In this document: positions 19,805 to 27,486 of the stretch, one piece after another
Layout of the letters: each line of letters opens with the position of its first letter
Numbering within the stretch: the first letter of the stretch is position 1
DNA from: Roseburia sp.
GTDB taxonomy: Bacteria > Bacillota > Clostridia > Lachnospirales > Lachnospiraceae
DNA length: 64,000 bases
Direction: 5' to 3'
Assembly (NCBI GenBank): GCA_051877675.1
Contig: JBJEJC010000046.1
Location: 1,738-65,737, forward strand
Made by a program: the position numbers and the translations under genes
The notes under the pieces: generated by a model
Database searches by the model: none
Told to the model about the DNA's origin: nothing
The model's input: only the letters and a program-made list of their open reading frames with translations

Positions 19805-20620
19805 TTACTCAGTCTCCTTCTTTGACTCAAACAGGCTCTGAACATCCACATCAGAATAGCACTGTGAGCAGAAACCTTCGATTACTGCACCGTTGTTAAT
19901 CTGTACAGAGCGGGACTTGATATTGCCCATGACAACTGCTGAGGTATCAACCACAACCGGTCCCTGCACATCAATATCCCCCTTGATTGCACCGGCAATC
20001 ACTGCAGAAGTAGAGGTCACATTTCCGATGATAACAGAGCCAAGACCAATCTTAACCGTTCCGCTGCTTACTACCTCACCCTCGATTTTAGCAGCATCTG
20101 CAAAGAACTCAGATGCGTTGCTGTTTCCGGTTACCATACCGGTTACTACCAGTTTGCCATTGCATCCTACATTACCATTTACCTGTCCTCTGATATCCAG
20201 GGAACCATTGGAAACGATATCGCCCTTAATGATTGTGCCCTCTGTGATTACGGAAACCTCATCTGAAACTGTTGCATTCTGCTGTGTCGTTGTGTTGTCA
20301 GCCATTTTTCTCTCCTCCTGTGCTGCTTTCATCGTATTTACTGTCTGAACCGGTCTCTGCTCCGGTGCAGCCATCTTTACCTCCGGTGTCGGTTCCACAA
20401 TCTTGGTCGGTACCGGCTCCGATTTTGCCGTCTCCTGTCTGGTTACCTGCTCTAACAGCCCGTCCAGCTTGGAGAGTTCGGATTCCACATCCACTTCACC
20501 CTCTAAGGTATTCACTACAAGATCATCCTCGTTTGCCGCATCCTCCAGGCTGTCACCACCCGGTACAAGCTCATTTACTGCCTGTGAAAAATCATCCTTG
20601 AAATCTTTGAAAAATCCCAT
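19805..20620 (-). CDS. Bactofilin (polymer-forming cytoskeletal protein) with long acidic N-terminal region
   Basis: Beta-helix repeats VITEGTIIKGDI..NGSLDIRGQVNGNV, V.GNV, I.GDI and GAVIEGFC. Confidence 0.88.
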   Translation of the reverse strand: MGFFKDFKDDFSQAVNELVPGGDSLEDAANEDDLVVNTLEGEVDVESELSKLDGLLEQVTRQETAKSEPVPTKIVEPTPEVKMAAPEQRPVQTVNTMKAAQEERKMADNTTTQQNATVSDEVSVITEGTIIKGDIVSNGSLDIRGQVNGNVGCNGKLVVTGMVTGNSNASEFFADAAKIEGEVVSSGTVKIGLGSVIIGNVTSTSAVIAGAIKGDIDVQGPVVVDTSAVVMGNIKSRSVQINNGAVIEGFCSQCYSDVDVQSLFESKKETE

Positions 20621-20645
20621 ATTTTTTCCTCCATTTATTTTCCGG

Positions 20646-21620
20646 TTATTTCACACTCTCTGCCTTGACAGCCTGAATAACCTGTGTATCCTCATCAATC
20701 GGCAGGATCTCTGCACCCATTGCCTGCAACGCTTCAATCAGCGGTCCAAGTGCTTCCGCCGTTGTTGCATTATCTGCTGCATCGTGAAGCAGTACCACCG
20801 ATGTCTTATATTTTACAACATCTGCAGTGACATTTTCAACAATTTCTTCCGCCGTGTATGCTGCCACCGCATCCCCTGCGGAGACATTCCAGTCAAAATA
20901 TGTAACTCCCTGTTCATTCAGATAATGAATGAAATTTGCCATGGAAACATTACTAATCTGATTGCTGCTTCCTCCCGGAAAACGGTAATAGATACTGTCC
21001 TCTCCCGTCACCTCATAAAGGTAGTCATGCAGTTTCTCGTAATCCTCGGCAAAGGAATCCGTGGACTGATAAATGACACTGTATTTATTGCAGAAGGAGT
21101 GCATCCCAAGCGTATGTCCGTCTTCCACAATCCGCTTATATATCTCCTGCGCTTCCTCAGCCTCACTGCCCACCACAAAAAAGGTTGCCTTCACTCCATA
21201 GCGGTCTAAAATATCCAGAATCTCTGCAGTATTCTCCGAGGGTCCGTTGTCAAAGGTTAGATACACCTTATGTACATCTCCCGGCTCCGCCATATTATCC
21301 GCATCATCCGTTCCGGTAATCTCCGGTGCCGCATAAATCATGCTTTGCTGTGTCTCTGTCTCTGCTTCCGTAACCTCGGTTTCCGGCTCCGCCACCGCTT
21401 CACTTCCCGTACCGTCTGAAACAGATGCCGTTGTCGTTTTCTGCTCAAGAATTTGAATCCTGTGTTCTAAAACCGACATCCGAACCAACAGACATATAAT
21501 TAGAATCATGGATATCAAAATCCATCCTGAAATCACCAGAATAATTCCGGTCTTCATACGTGCAATTCGCTTCCTGCGTCTTCTCTGGATGCGAAGCGCT
21601 TCCTCGTCTATATCCTGCAT
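20646..21620 (-). CDS. Membrane-anchored NodB/CE4 polysaccharide deacetylase family protein with degenerate metal site
   Basis: VYLTFDNGP, ATFFVVG, GMHSFCN, RFPGGS, DWN and LLHD; basic N-terminal tail followed by a TM helix. Confidence 0.88.
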   Translation of the reverse strand: MQDIDEEALRIQRRRRKRIARMKTGIILVISGWILISMILIICLLVRMSVLEHRIQILEQKTTTASVSDGTGSEAVAEPETEVTEAETETQQSMIYAAPEITGTDDADNMAEPGDVHKVYLTFDNGPSENTAEILDILDRYGVKATFFVVGSEAEEAQEIYKRIVEDGHTLGMHSFCNKYSVIYQSTDSFAEDYEKLHDYLYEVTGEDSIYYRFPGGSSNQISNVSMANFIHYLNEQGVTYFDWNVSAGDAVAAYTAEEIVENVTADVVKYKTSVVLLHDAADNATTAEALGPLIEALQAMGAEILPIDEDTQVIQAVKAESVK

Positions 21621-21654
21621 GCAAAACCCCCACGTTAATCGTTAGTACTTCTCT

Positions 21655-21665
21655 ATTGTATCACA
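21655..21665 (-). promoter_or_regulatory. Extended -10 promoter for deacetylase-bactofilin-pyrH-frr
   Basis: Minus strand TGTGATACAAT directly after the upstream terminator; TTGAAA sits 15 nt upstream, which is suboptimal spacing. Confidence 0.5.
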
Positions 21666-21683
21666 TTTTTTCATTTTTCAAAG

Positions 21684-21725
21684 AAAAAAGCGCAAAAAAA
21701 CTGATTAATTTTTCTGCACTTTTTC
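21684..21725 (-). terminator. Terminator closing the seven-gene dlt-like cassette
   Basis: Minus strand AAAAAGTGCAGAAAAA-loop-TTTTTTTGCGCTTTTTT. Confidence 0.55.
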
Positions 21726-21754
21726 CATTATTTTCTGAAATTTTAAAAAGATTC

Positions 21755-22300
21755 CTAATCAAGGATGCCGGAATTGTATTCAATAGAAAGAATTGTATCC
21801 CCGTCCATGATAAAGCAAAGTTTCATACCGTCCTTGTCATAAACCATCTGGCCGTTTGACTCCTCATAATTCTCACCGTAGGCCGCTGTGATATCTGTTT
21901 TGCTCTTTGACAGATCCACGCCCTCTGCAGTTGCCACATTATCGGTCTTTAACACTACTGTCTGAACACGGTCCGTATCTCCGTCCGGATAGGTATAGAT
22001 ATCAAAATCTGCATAATTATAAATCTTACTGATTCCCTGGGCTGCGCAGCTCGGCTCCTCGTAATAATTGGATGGCTCTCCCAGTGTTTCCGCAATCGGA
22101 GCCATGTCCATATCCGCTCCTACGACAACACCATTGTACTTGAACACATAGCCGGTTGTCTTCTCAGCGTCTGTGGAATCTGCCCCGGCATCGGAACTGC
22201 TTCCGATCTCCTTCGGTTCACTGCTTCCACATGCAGTCGCACCAAACGCCAGCATGGCACACACACCCGTTACCAGAAACATACATAATTTACTTTTCAT
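21755..22300 (-). CDS. Lipoprotein of unknown function (last gene of the cassette)
   Basis: Signal peptide with lipobox ATAC, Ser/Asp-rich tether and small globular domain (TAEGVDL..SK.DI..AYGE). Overlaps the upstream gene by 11 nt. Confidence 0.85.
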   Translation of the reverse strand: MKSKLCMFLVTGVCAMLAFGATACGSSEPKEIGSSSDAGADSTDAEKTTGYVFKYNGVVVGADMDMAPIAETLGEPSNYYEEPSCAAQGISKIYNYADFDIYTYPDGDTDRVQTVVLKTDNVATAEGVDLSKSKTDITAAYGENYEESNGQMVYDKDGMKLCFIMDGDTILSIEYNSGILD

Positions 22301-23360
22301 TTTCTACCTCTTTCTCCTGCAATGCTTCCTGCTGTGCATCCCGTTCTGCCTCATAGGCAGCAATCTTCTCCTCCCAGAGTTCATCGAGGTGTTCCTCGCC
22401 TCTGCGGTCAGCAAGTCCGCACTGCTCCTGAAGGATTGCACCAAAATACCGGGACAGCTTCTCTGCACCGGAAAGATTTAAGTGCAGACCAGCATCATAG
22501 GTATCTGTATTATAGTCCAGCCCGATTTCATCGGTCAAGTCCAAAAAATTATAATATTTCAGGTCATGTTCCTCTGCGTACGCTGTCATCTGTTCGTCCC
22601 ACTCATCATACCAGTAGGGGTAAAGACTCGGTGCCTTCACCAGCACAAGCTCCACGCCGTTTTCCTCGCAGAGCTCCACCATCTTATCCAGATAGGCATA
22701 GGCATTGTCGCCAAAGGTATAGTCCGCAAGTATTTTTCCCTCCGGCACATTGTCTGCCGGAAGCACATCCACACGCATATAGTACCCGTTATGTGTTACC
22801 GGCTTCTTCTCCCAGAAATAGCGGAGATCATCCGAATCCAGTTCATTCCAGCGGGAATGATACCGCAGCAGAGGGAATACATAATCCACAAAGCTCTCCT
22901 CTTCCGTCATGGAAGCAAGAATACTCTTTACCTTAAAAGATGACCAACGCATTCCGTCAAGTGTCATTCGATTGTAGGTTTCCTTCTGCGGCTCGTTATA
23001 CTTCATGGAGAGTACATTAAATACCACCACATCCGGCTTCTCATACCGGAAGGTTTCCTCCATCAGATAATAGGACTGCCAGATCAACTGCTGGGCGCTT
23101 CCACGGATATAGCTGTTGATTCCGTACTCCTCCCACAACACTGCCGGCGATATGTTCTCATACAATTCGCAGTCGCCGATAAAAACAACGTCATGGTCTT
23201 TTTCCTCGCCGTAGTACTCAGCCACCATGGCACCCTCCACGACTCCGGTCATATATTTCGGTATCATAAGCCGCTGGAGAAGATACAATACCACTGTCAC
23301 CACCACTGCCGACAGCACAAAGCGCAGGACCTTTTTCTTCTTACTCAATGTCTTTTCCAC
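22290..23360 (-). CDS. Membrane-anchored SGNH-fold (DltD/AlgJ-like) acyltransferase
   Basis: N-terminal TM helix, block I DVVFIGDCE and C-terminal YDAGLHLNLSGA; directly downstream of an MBOAT. Confidence 0.8.
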   Translation of the reverse strand: MEKTLSKKKKVLRFVLSAVVVTVVLYLLQRLMIPKYMTGVVEGAMVAEYYGEEKDHDVVFIGDCELYENISPAVLWEEYGINSYIRGSAQQLIWQSYYLMEETFRYEKPDVVVFNVLSMKYNEPQKETYNRMTLDGMRWSSFKVKSILASMTEEESFVDYVFPLLRYHSRWNELDSDDLRYFWEKKPVTHNGYYMRVDVLPADNVPEGKILADYTFGDNAYAYLDKMVELCEENGVELVLVKAPSLYPYWYDEWDEQMTAYAEEHDLKYYNFLDLTDEIGLDYNTDTYDAGLHLNLSGAEKLSRYFGAILQEQCGLADRRGEEHLDELWEEKIAAYEAERDAQQEALQEKEVENEK

Positions 23361-23375
23361 GGTAATGCCCTTTCC

Positions 23376-24968
23376 TTAAAACTGATTGTAAATAAACTGG
23401 CTGGCATCATAGCCAATTCCGTAATTTCCAAACAACAGAACCACTAAAAACAGCCCAAACCACAGAGCAAAGCGTACTGCATAGGGCTTTGCCGCGATTT
23501 TTTCCCGCACAGAACCGCTGCGCTGAATTAAGCTTACTGTGACAAGCAGCACAAGTCCCACAAAAAGAATCACATAATCCGCCACGTTAAGTCCCAGATT
23601 AAGCAGGGAACCGGAAAAGATTTCCCCCCAGTTCCAGGTGGTAAATATGGTTCCGAACATCCGGAAGGTCAACGGCACATCCCGGTAGCAGTCAAAGGTA
23701 CGCAGTGCGCTCATCAGAAGCACGGTACGAATCACCTGAAACAGCCGGAAGCCAAAGGTTCCCTCCACCTTAAACTTACTATGGAACCAGCGATAAAATG
23801 GTTCCAGCTCCTGGGACACCATGATTACCACATAATTGGCAAGTCCCCAGACAATGAAATTCCAGCTTGCACCGTGCCAGATTCCGGTGGCAAACCAGAC
23901 GACAAAGCAGGACAGATACACCGTAACCCGCTTTCCAATCTGCTCTCCAAAATGTTTTCTGGAAAAACGGCTCAGTTTTAACATGGGCTGGCACACAGAA
24001 ATCGGATAGAAAATATAATCCGTAAACCAGCTTCCCATGGTAATGTGCCAGCGGTTCCAATATTCCTTGATGTTCTTGGAAAAATACGGGCGGATAAAGT
24101 TCTCCTCCACCGCAATTCCTAACACCTGGGAAACACCGATGGTAATATCAATACCTCCGGTAAAGTCTGCATACAGCTCCAGTGCATAAAACAGCATACC
24201 TAAGAACACATAGGCACCACGGTATGTCACAGTATCCCCGATAATGGCATTTACCGCCACAAGCATCCGGTCCGCAATGACCAGCTTTTTGAAAAATCCC
24301 CACAGGATACGTTCCAGCCCGAAACTTACCGTCTTTGCATCAAAACGGTGCTCCGCAAAAAGACTTTCCGCCTGATAGTCAAACCGGCTGATGGGTCCCT
24401 GCACAAGCTGTGGAAAAAAGGAAACGAACAATGCCAGTTTAAACGGATTTTCCTCTGCCGGATATTTGCCCCGGTATACATCGATGGCATAGCCCATCGT
24501 CTTAAACACATAAAAAGAAATTCCCATGGGCAGTGCAATATCCCAGAAAGAAAGTGTCTTTCCGCTTCCAAACCAGCTCATTACACCATTGATGTTGGCA
24601 ATCATGAAGTTCGTGTATTTAATGACCGCCAGCATACCAATATTTAACACAAGGCACCATACCAGAAGATGCCACTGCTTCTTTTTACAGCCCTCCTTGT
24701 ATTCCTTGCGCTCCTCCCTGCTCATATCCTTCTTGTGCTCTTTCAGATAGGCAGTTTCCGCATCCTTCCTTTTCTGGATGGCACGGGTGAGAAAATAGGT
24801 TGTGGCTGTAGTAAATAAAATGTAAAGCAGGTTTTCCGGTCCGCTCACCAGATAGAATAGATAACTGGCAATCAACAGCAGCTTCCACTGCAGCTTCTTT
24901 GGCACAAGATAGTAAAGGACAAACAAAACCGCTATAAACGCAAGGAACTCATACGATGCGAACAGCAA
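23376..24968 (-). CDS. MBOAT family acyltransferase (DltB/AlgI-like)
   Basis: LPMGISFYVF, SFFPQLVQGPISR, GFFKKLVIAD, ENF.RPYFS, WNRWHITMG, catalytic GIWHGA and C-terminal FIYNQF. TTG start with a GAGG RBS. Confidence 0.95.
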   Translation of the reverse strand: MLFASYEFLAFIAVLFVLYYLVPKKLQWKLLLIASYLFYLVSGPENLLYILFTTATTYFLTRAIQKRKDAETAYLKEHKKDMSREERKEYKEGCKKKQWHLLVWCLVLNIGMLAVIKYTNFMIANINGVMSWFGSGKTLSFWDIALPMGISFYVFKTMGYAIDVYRGKYPAEENPFKLALFVSFFPQLVQGPISRFDYQAESLFAEHRFDAKTVSFGLERILWGFFKKLVIADRMLVAVNAIIGDTVTYRGAYVFLGMLFYALELYADFTGGIDITIGVSQVLGIAVEENFIRPYFSKNIKEYWNRWHITMGSWFTDYIFYPISVCQPMLKLSRFSRKHFGEQIGKRVTVYLSCFVVWFATGIWHGASWNFIVWGLANYVVIMVSQELEPFYRWFHSKFKVEGTFGFRLFQVIRTVLLMSALRTFDCYRDVPLTFRMFGTIFTTWNWGEIFSGSLLNLGLNVADYVILFVGLVLLVTVSLIQRSGSVREKIAAKPYAVRFALWFGLFLVVLLFGNYGIGYDASQFIYNQF

Positions 24969-24971
24969 TGC

Positions 24972-25214
24972 CTAGTCCTCGTCCAGCAGCTCGGACACCA
25001 GCCCTGCCAGGGCATCCAGAGAATTGAAATTCTCCGGAACAATCTTATCCGCTGAAACTGTCACATCAAATTCATCGTTGATCTCGGAAATCAGTGACAC
25101 AATGTCAAAGGAATCCAGAATCTTATCATCCACCAGGGACTTGCTGGATACAAAATCCACATCCGGGTGAAGCCCCTCTAAAATCTCCAGTAAAGCACTC
25201 TTAATCTCTTCCAT
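24972..25214 (-). CDS. Aminoacyl carrier protein (DltC-like)
   Basis: 80 aa, acidic, with phosphopantetheine site ILDSFDIV and PENFNS. Its ATG overlaps the upstream stop codon (TAATG). Confidence 0.92.
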   Translation of the reverse strand: MEEIKSALLEILEGLHPDVDFVSSKSLVDDKILDSFDIVSLISEINDEFDVTVSADKIVPENFNSLDALAGLVSELLDED

Positions 25215-26731
25215 TATTTTAATCCTCCATTATATTTTTCTTTTAATGCAACGCGGTTTATTTTTCCATTGGCAGTGAATGGCATCTCTTCCAGTTGCTC
25301 CACATAATTGGGAATCATGTAGCGGGGAAGTTTTTCCTTCAGCAGCTTCACCAGTTCACCGGAGGGTATGTCACCCACATAATACAGGGCAATCTTGCCC
25401 TTTTCATTGTCATAGATGCAGCCACAGATCTTGATAGCTTCCACCATATTGACATTGGCCTCAATCTCTCCTAACTCAATACGGTGTCCCATGTGCTTAA
25501 TCTGATAATCCTTTCTGGAAACGAATACCAGCTCGCCATGCTCATTATATTTTCCGATATCACCGGTACGGTAGATAATCTCCGGATATGCGGTATTTAG
25601 CGGATTCTGTACAAAAGATTCCCCTGTCTTCTCCGGATTGTTGTAATACCCCAGAGTCACCGATGTGCCCCGGATGCAGATTTCACCGGGCTCTCCCTCG
25701 CCTGCCGGTTCGTTTTTCTCGTTCAGCAGCAGAATCTCCGTATTGGGAAACGGTCTGCCCACGGGAATCGGCTCATCATCCGCCAGCTCCCGCTCCACGT
25801 GATAGTAGCAGCACATTCCGGTTCCCTCCGTCGGACCGTAGAGGTTGGTGAAGGATGCCTCCGGCAGTGTCTCCCGCCAGATCCGAAACTGCCGGATGGG
25901 GAACACCTCGCTTCCAAAGGCGATGGTCTTTAAATACTTCGGCTTTACTGTCTTAAAGGTGCCAAACGCAGAAATCATAGTTAGCGCAGACACCACCCAG
26001 CAGATGGTATTCACTTTATGCTCGTTTAAAAATTCCACCAGCTTCACCGGAAACATAAACAGGCTTTTGGGAACAATATACGTTGTGGCTCCGAACTTTA
26101 ATGTCGGGTAAATCTCTTTGAGGCAGGCATCAAAATACAGCGGTGTCTGATTGGCAAAAACCGTATCCTCACTAAAGCCCAGTGTCTCCGACAACTGCTC
26201 GATATAGTCAATGACAGAACGATGGCACGCCACAACTCCCTTTGGCACCCCGGTGGAGCCGGAGGTGAACACAATATAAATGGGGTCCACATCCAATGAC
26301 GCTGCGCGGATTGCCGCCAGTGCCGGTGCATTTACCGGATTCTGGCTGATTTCATCGTAAAGGCACAGAGTTCCATCAAACCGGAAATCCTTTGCCTTTT
26401 CTATGGTGGCGCTGTCACAGACGATAATCTCCGGTTTGCAGTTGTCAAGAATCAGATTTATCCTGCTCTCCGGCATTTCCTCATCAATCGGAACATAGTA
26501 ACAGCCCGCTGTGATTACACCAAAAAAAGCAATGATTGTCTTTGGATGCTTATTCATAAATACAACTACAGGCTTCCGGTAGATGCCGCGGTCATGAAGC
26601 CACGTCCCCACCGCTCTGCTCTGGTCATATACCTGCTGAAATGTGAATCCTTCACTCTCATTTGCGAAAGCGATTTTATCCGGCACTTTTTTAACAATAT
26701 CGTCCAGATAATTCATTACATGATTGTTCAT
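25214..26731 (-). CDS. Stand-alone amino acid adenylation enzyme (DltA-like)
   Basis: A-domain cores YVPID, YIVFTSGSTGVPKG, YFD, NLYGPTE, GEICIRG...GYY, YRTGD, RKDYQIKHMGHRIELGEIE, LPRYMIP, NGKINR. Confidence 0.95.
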   Translation of the reverse strand: MNNHVMNYLDDIVKKVPDKIAFANESEGFTFQQVYDQSRAVGTWLHDRGIYRKPVVVFMNKHPKTIIAFFGVITAGCYYVPIDEEMPESRINLILDNCKPEIIVCDSATIEKAKDFRFDGTLCLYDEISQNPVNAPALAAIRAASLDVDPIYIVFTSGSTGVPKGVVACHRSVIDYIEQLSETLGFSEDTVFANQTPLYFDACLKEIYPTLKFGATTYIVPKSLFMFPVKLVEFLNEHKVNTICWVVSALTMISAFGTFKTVKPKYLKTIAFGSEVFPIRQFRIWRETLPEASFTNLYGPTEGTGMCCYYHVERELADDEPIPVGRPFPNTEILLLNEKNEPAGEGEPGEICIRGTSVTLGYYNNPEKTGESFVQNPLNTAYPEIIYRTGDIGKYNEHGELVFVSRKDYQIKHMGHRIELGEIEANVNMVEAIKICGCIYDNEKGKIALYYVGDIPSGELVKLLKEKLPRYMIPNYVEQLEEMPFTANGKINRVALKEKYNGGLK

Positions 26732-26754
26732 AAAAGTCTGTCCTTTCTGCCGTT

Positions 26755-27471
26755 TCAGGCAGTAATGATTTCCTTATATTCCTGTTTTAATTTCCCGCAT
26801 AACTCTACCGAGCATTTTGCCAGCACCTGCATCACATCCAGGTATCCGGCACCAATCTGTTCATCTCTGCGAATCATGGAAAGCTCTGTACAGCCCAGCA
26901 AAATTACCTCTGCCCCATTGTTCTTAAGTTCCTCTGACACCGCATGAAATTTGTCCATCTCGATAGGTCTTCCCGCCTTCACATCCTCATAGATTAAATC
27001 CATGACATAGCGCTGCATTTCGGGGGAGGGAATGATTCCGCGGATTCCTGCCTCATGCAGAGCCGCGTCAAACAGACCGCTCTGTATGGTGCCGTCTGTC
27101 GCCATCACACCGACGGTCTTTACGCCACGCGCTCGCAGGTAGGAAACGCTCTCCCGGATGCTGTGAATCACCGGTACACCAATCTGTTTTGTCAGTTCAT
27201 CAAAAAAATAATTTGCGGTAATACAGGGAATCGCAATCAGCTCCGCCCCGTCTGCCGCCAGTTTTTTCCCAATCTCTGCCATGGGAATGCAGGGATTCTC
27301 ACTGCTTCTGCCCAAAATATAACTGGTTCGGTCAGGAATCCAGGGGCAGTTATGAATCAGCATTTCAATATGCTCCTGATCGGTCCTTGCATCGGTCATC
27401 TCAATCACCATCTGCATGAAAAATGCAGTCGCCATGGGACCCAGCCCGCCGATTACCCCTAACTTCTTCAT
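26755..27471 (-). CDS. PLP-independent aspartate/glutamate racemase (aspartate-racemase type)
   Basis: GVIGGLGPMAT, DQEH, IPDRT, two catalytic Cys (PCIT, GCTEL), ATDGT and IYEDVKAG. Confidence 0.9.
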   Translation of the reverse strand: MKKLGVIGGLGPMATAFFMQMVIEMTDARTDQEHIEMLIHNCPWIPDRTSYILGRSSENPCIPMAEIGKKLAADGAELIAIPCITANYFFDELTKQIGVPVIHSIRESVSYLRARGVKTVGVMATDGTIQSGLFDAALHEAGIRGIIPSPEMQRYVMDLIYEDVKAGRPIEMDKFHAVSEELKNNGAEVILLGCTELSMIRRDEQIGAGYLDVMQVLAKCSVELCGKLKQEYKEIITA

Positions 27472-27486
27472 TTCTCAATCCCTCAC

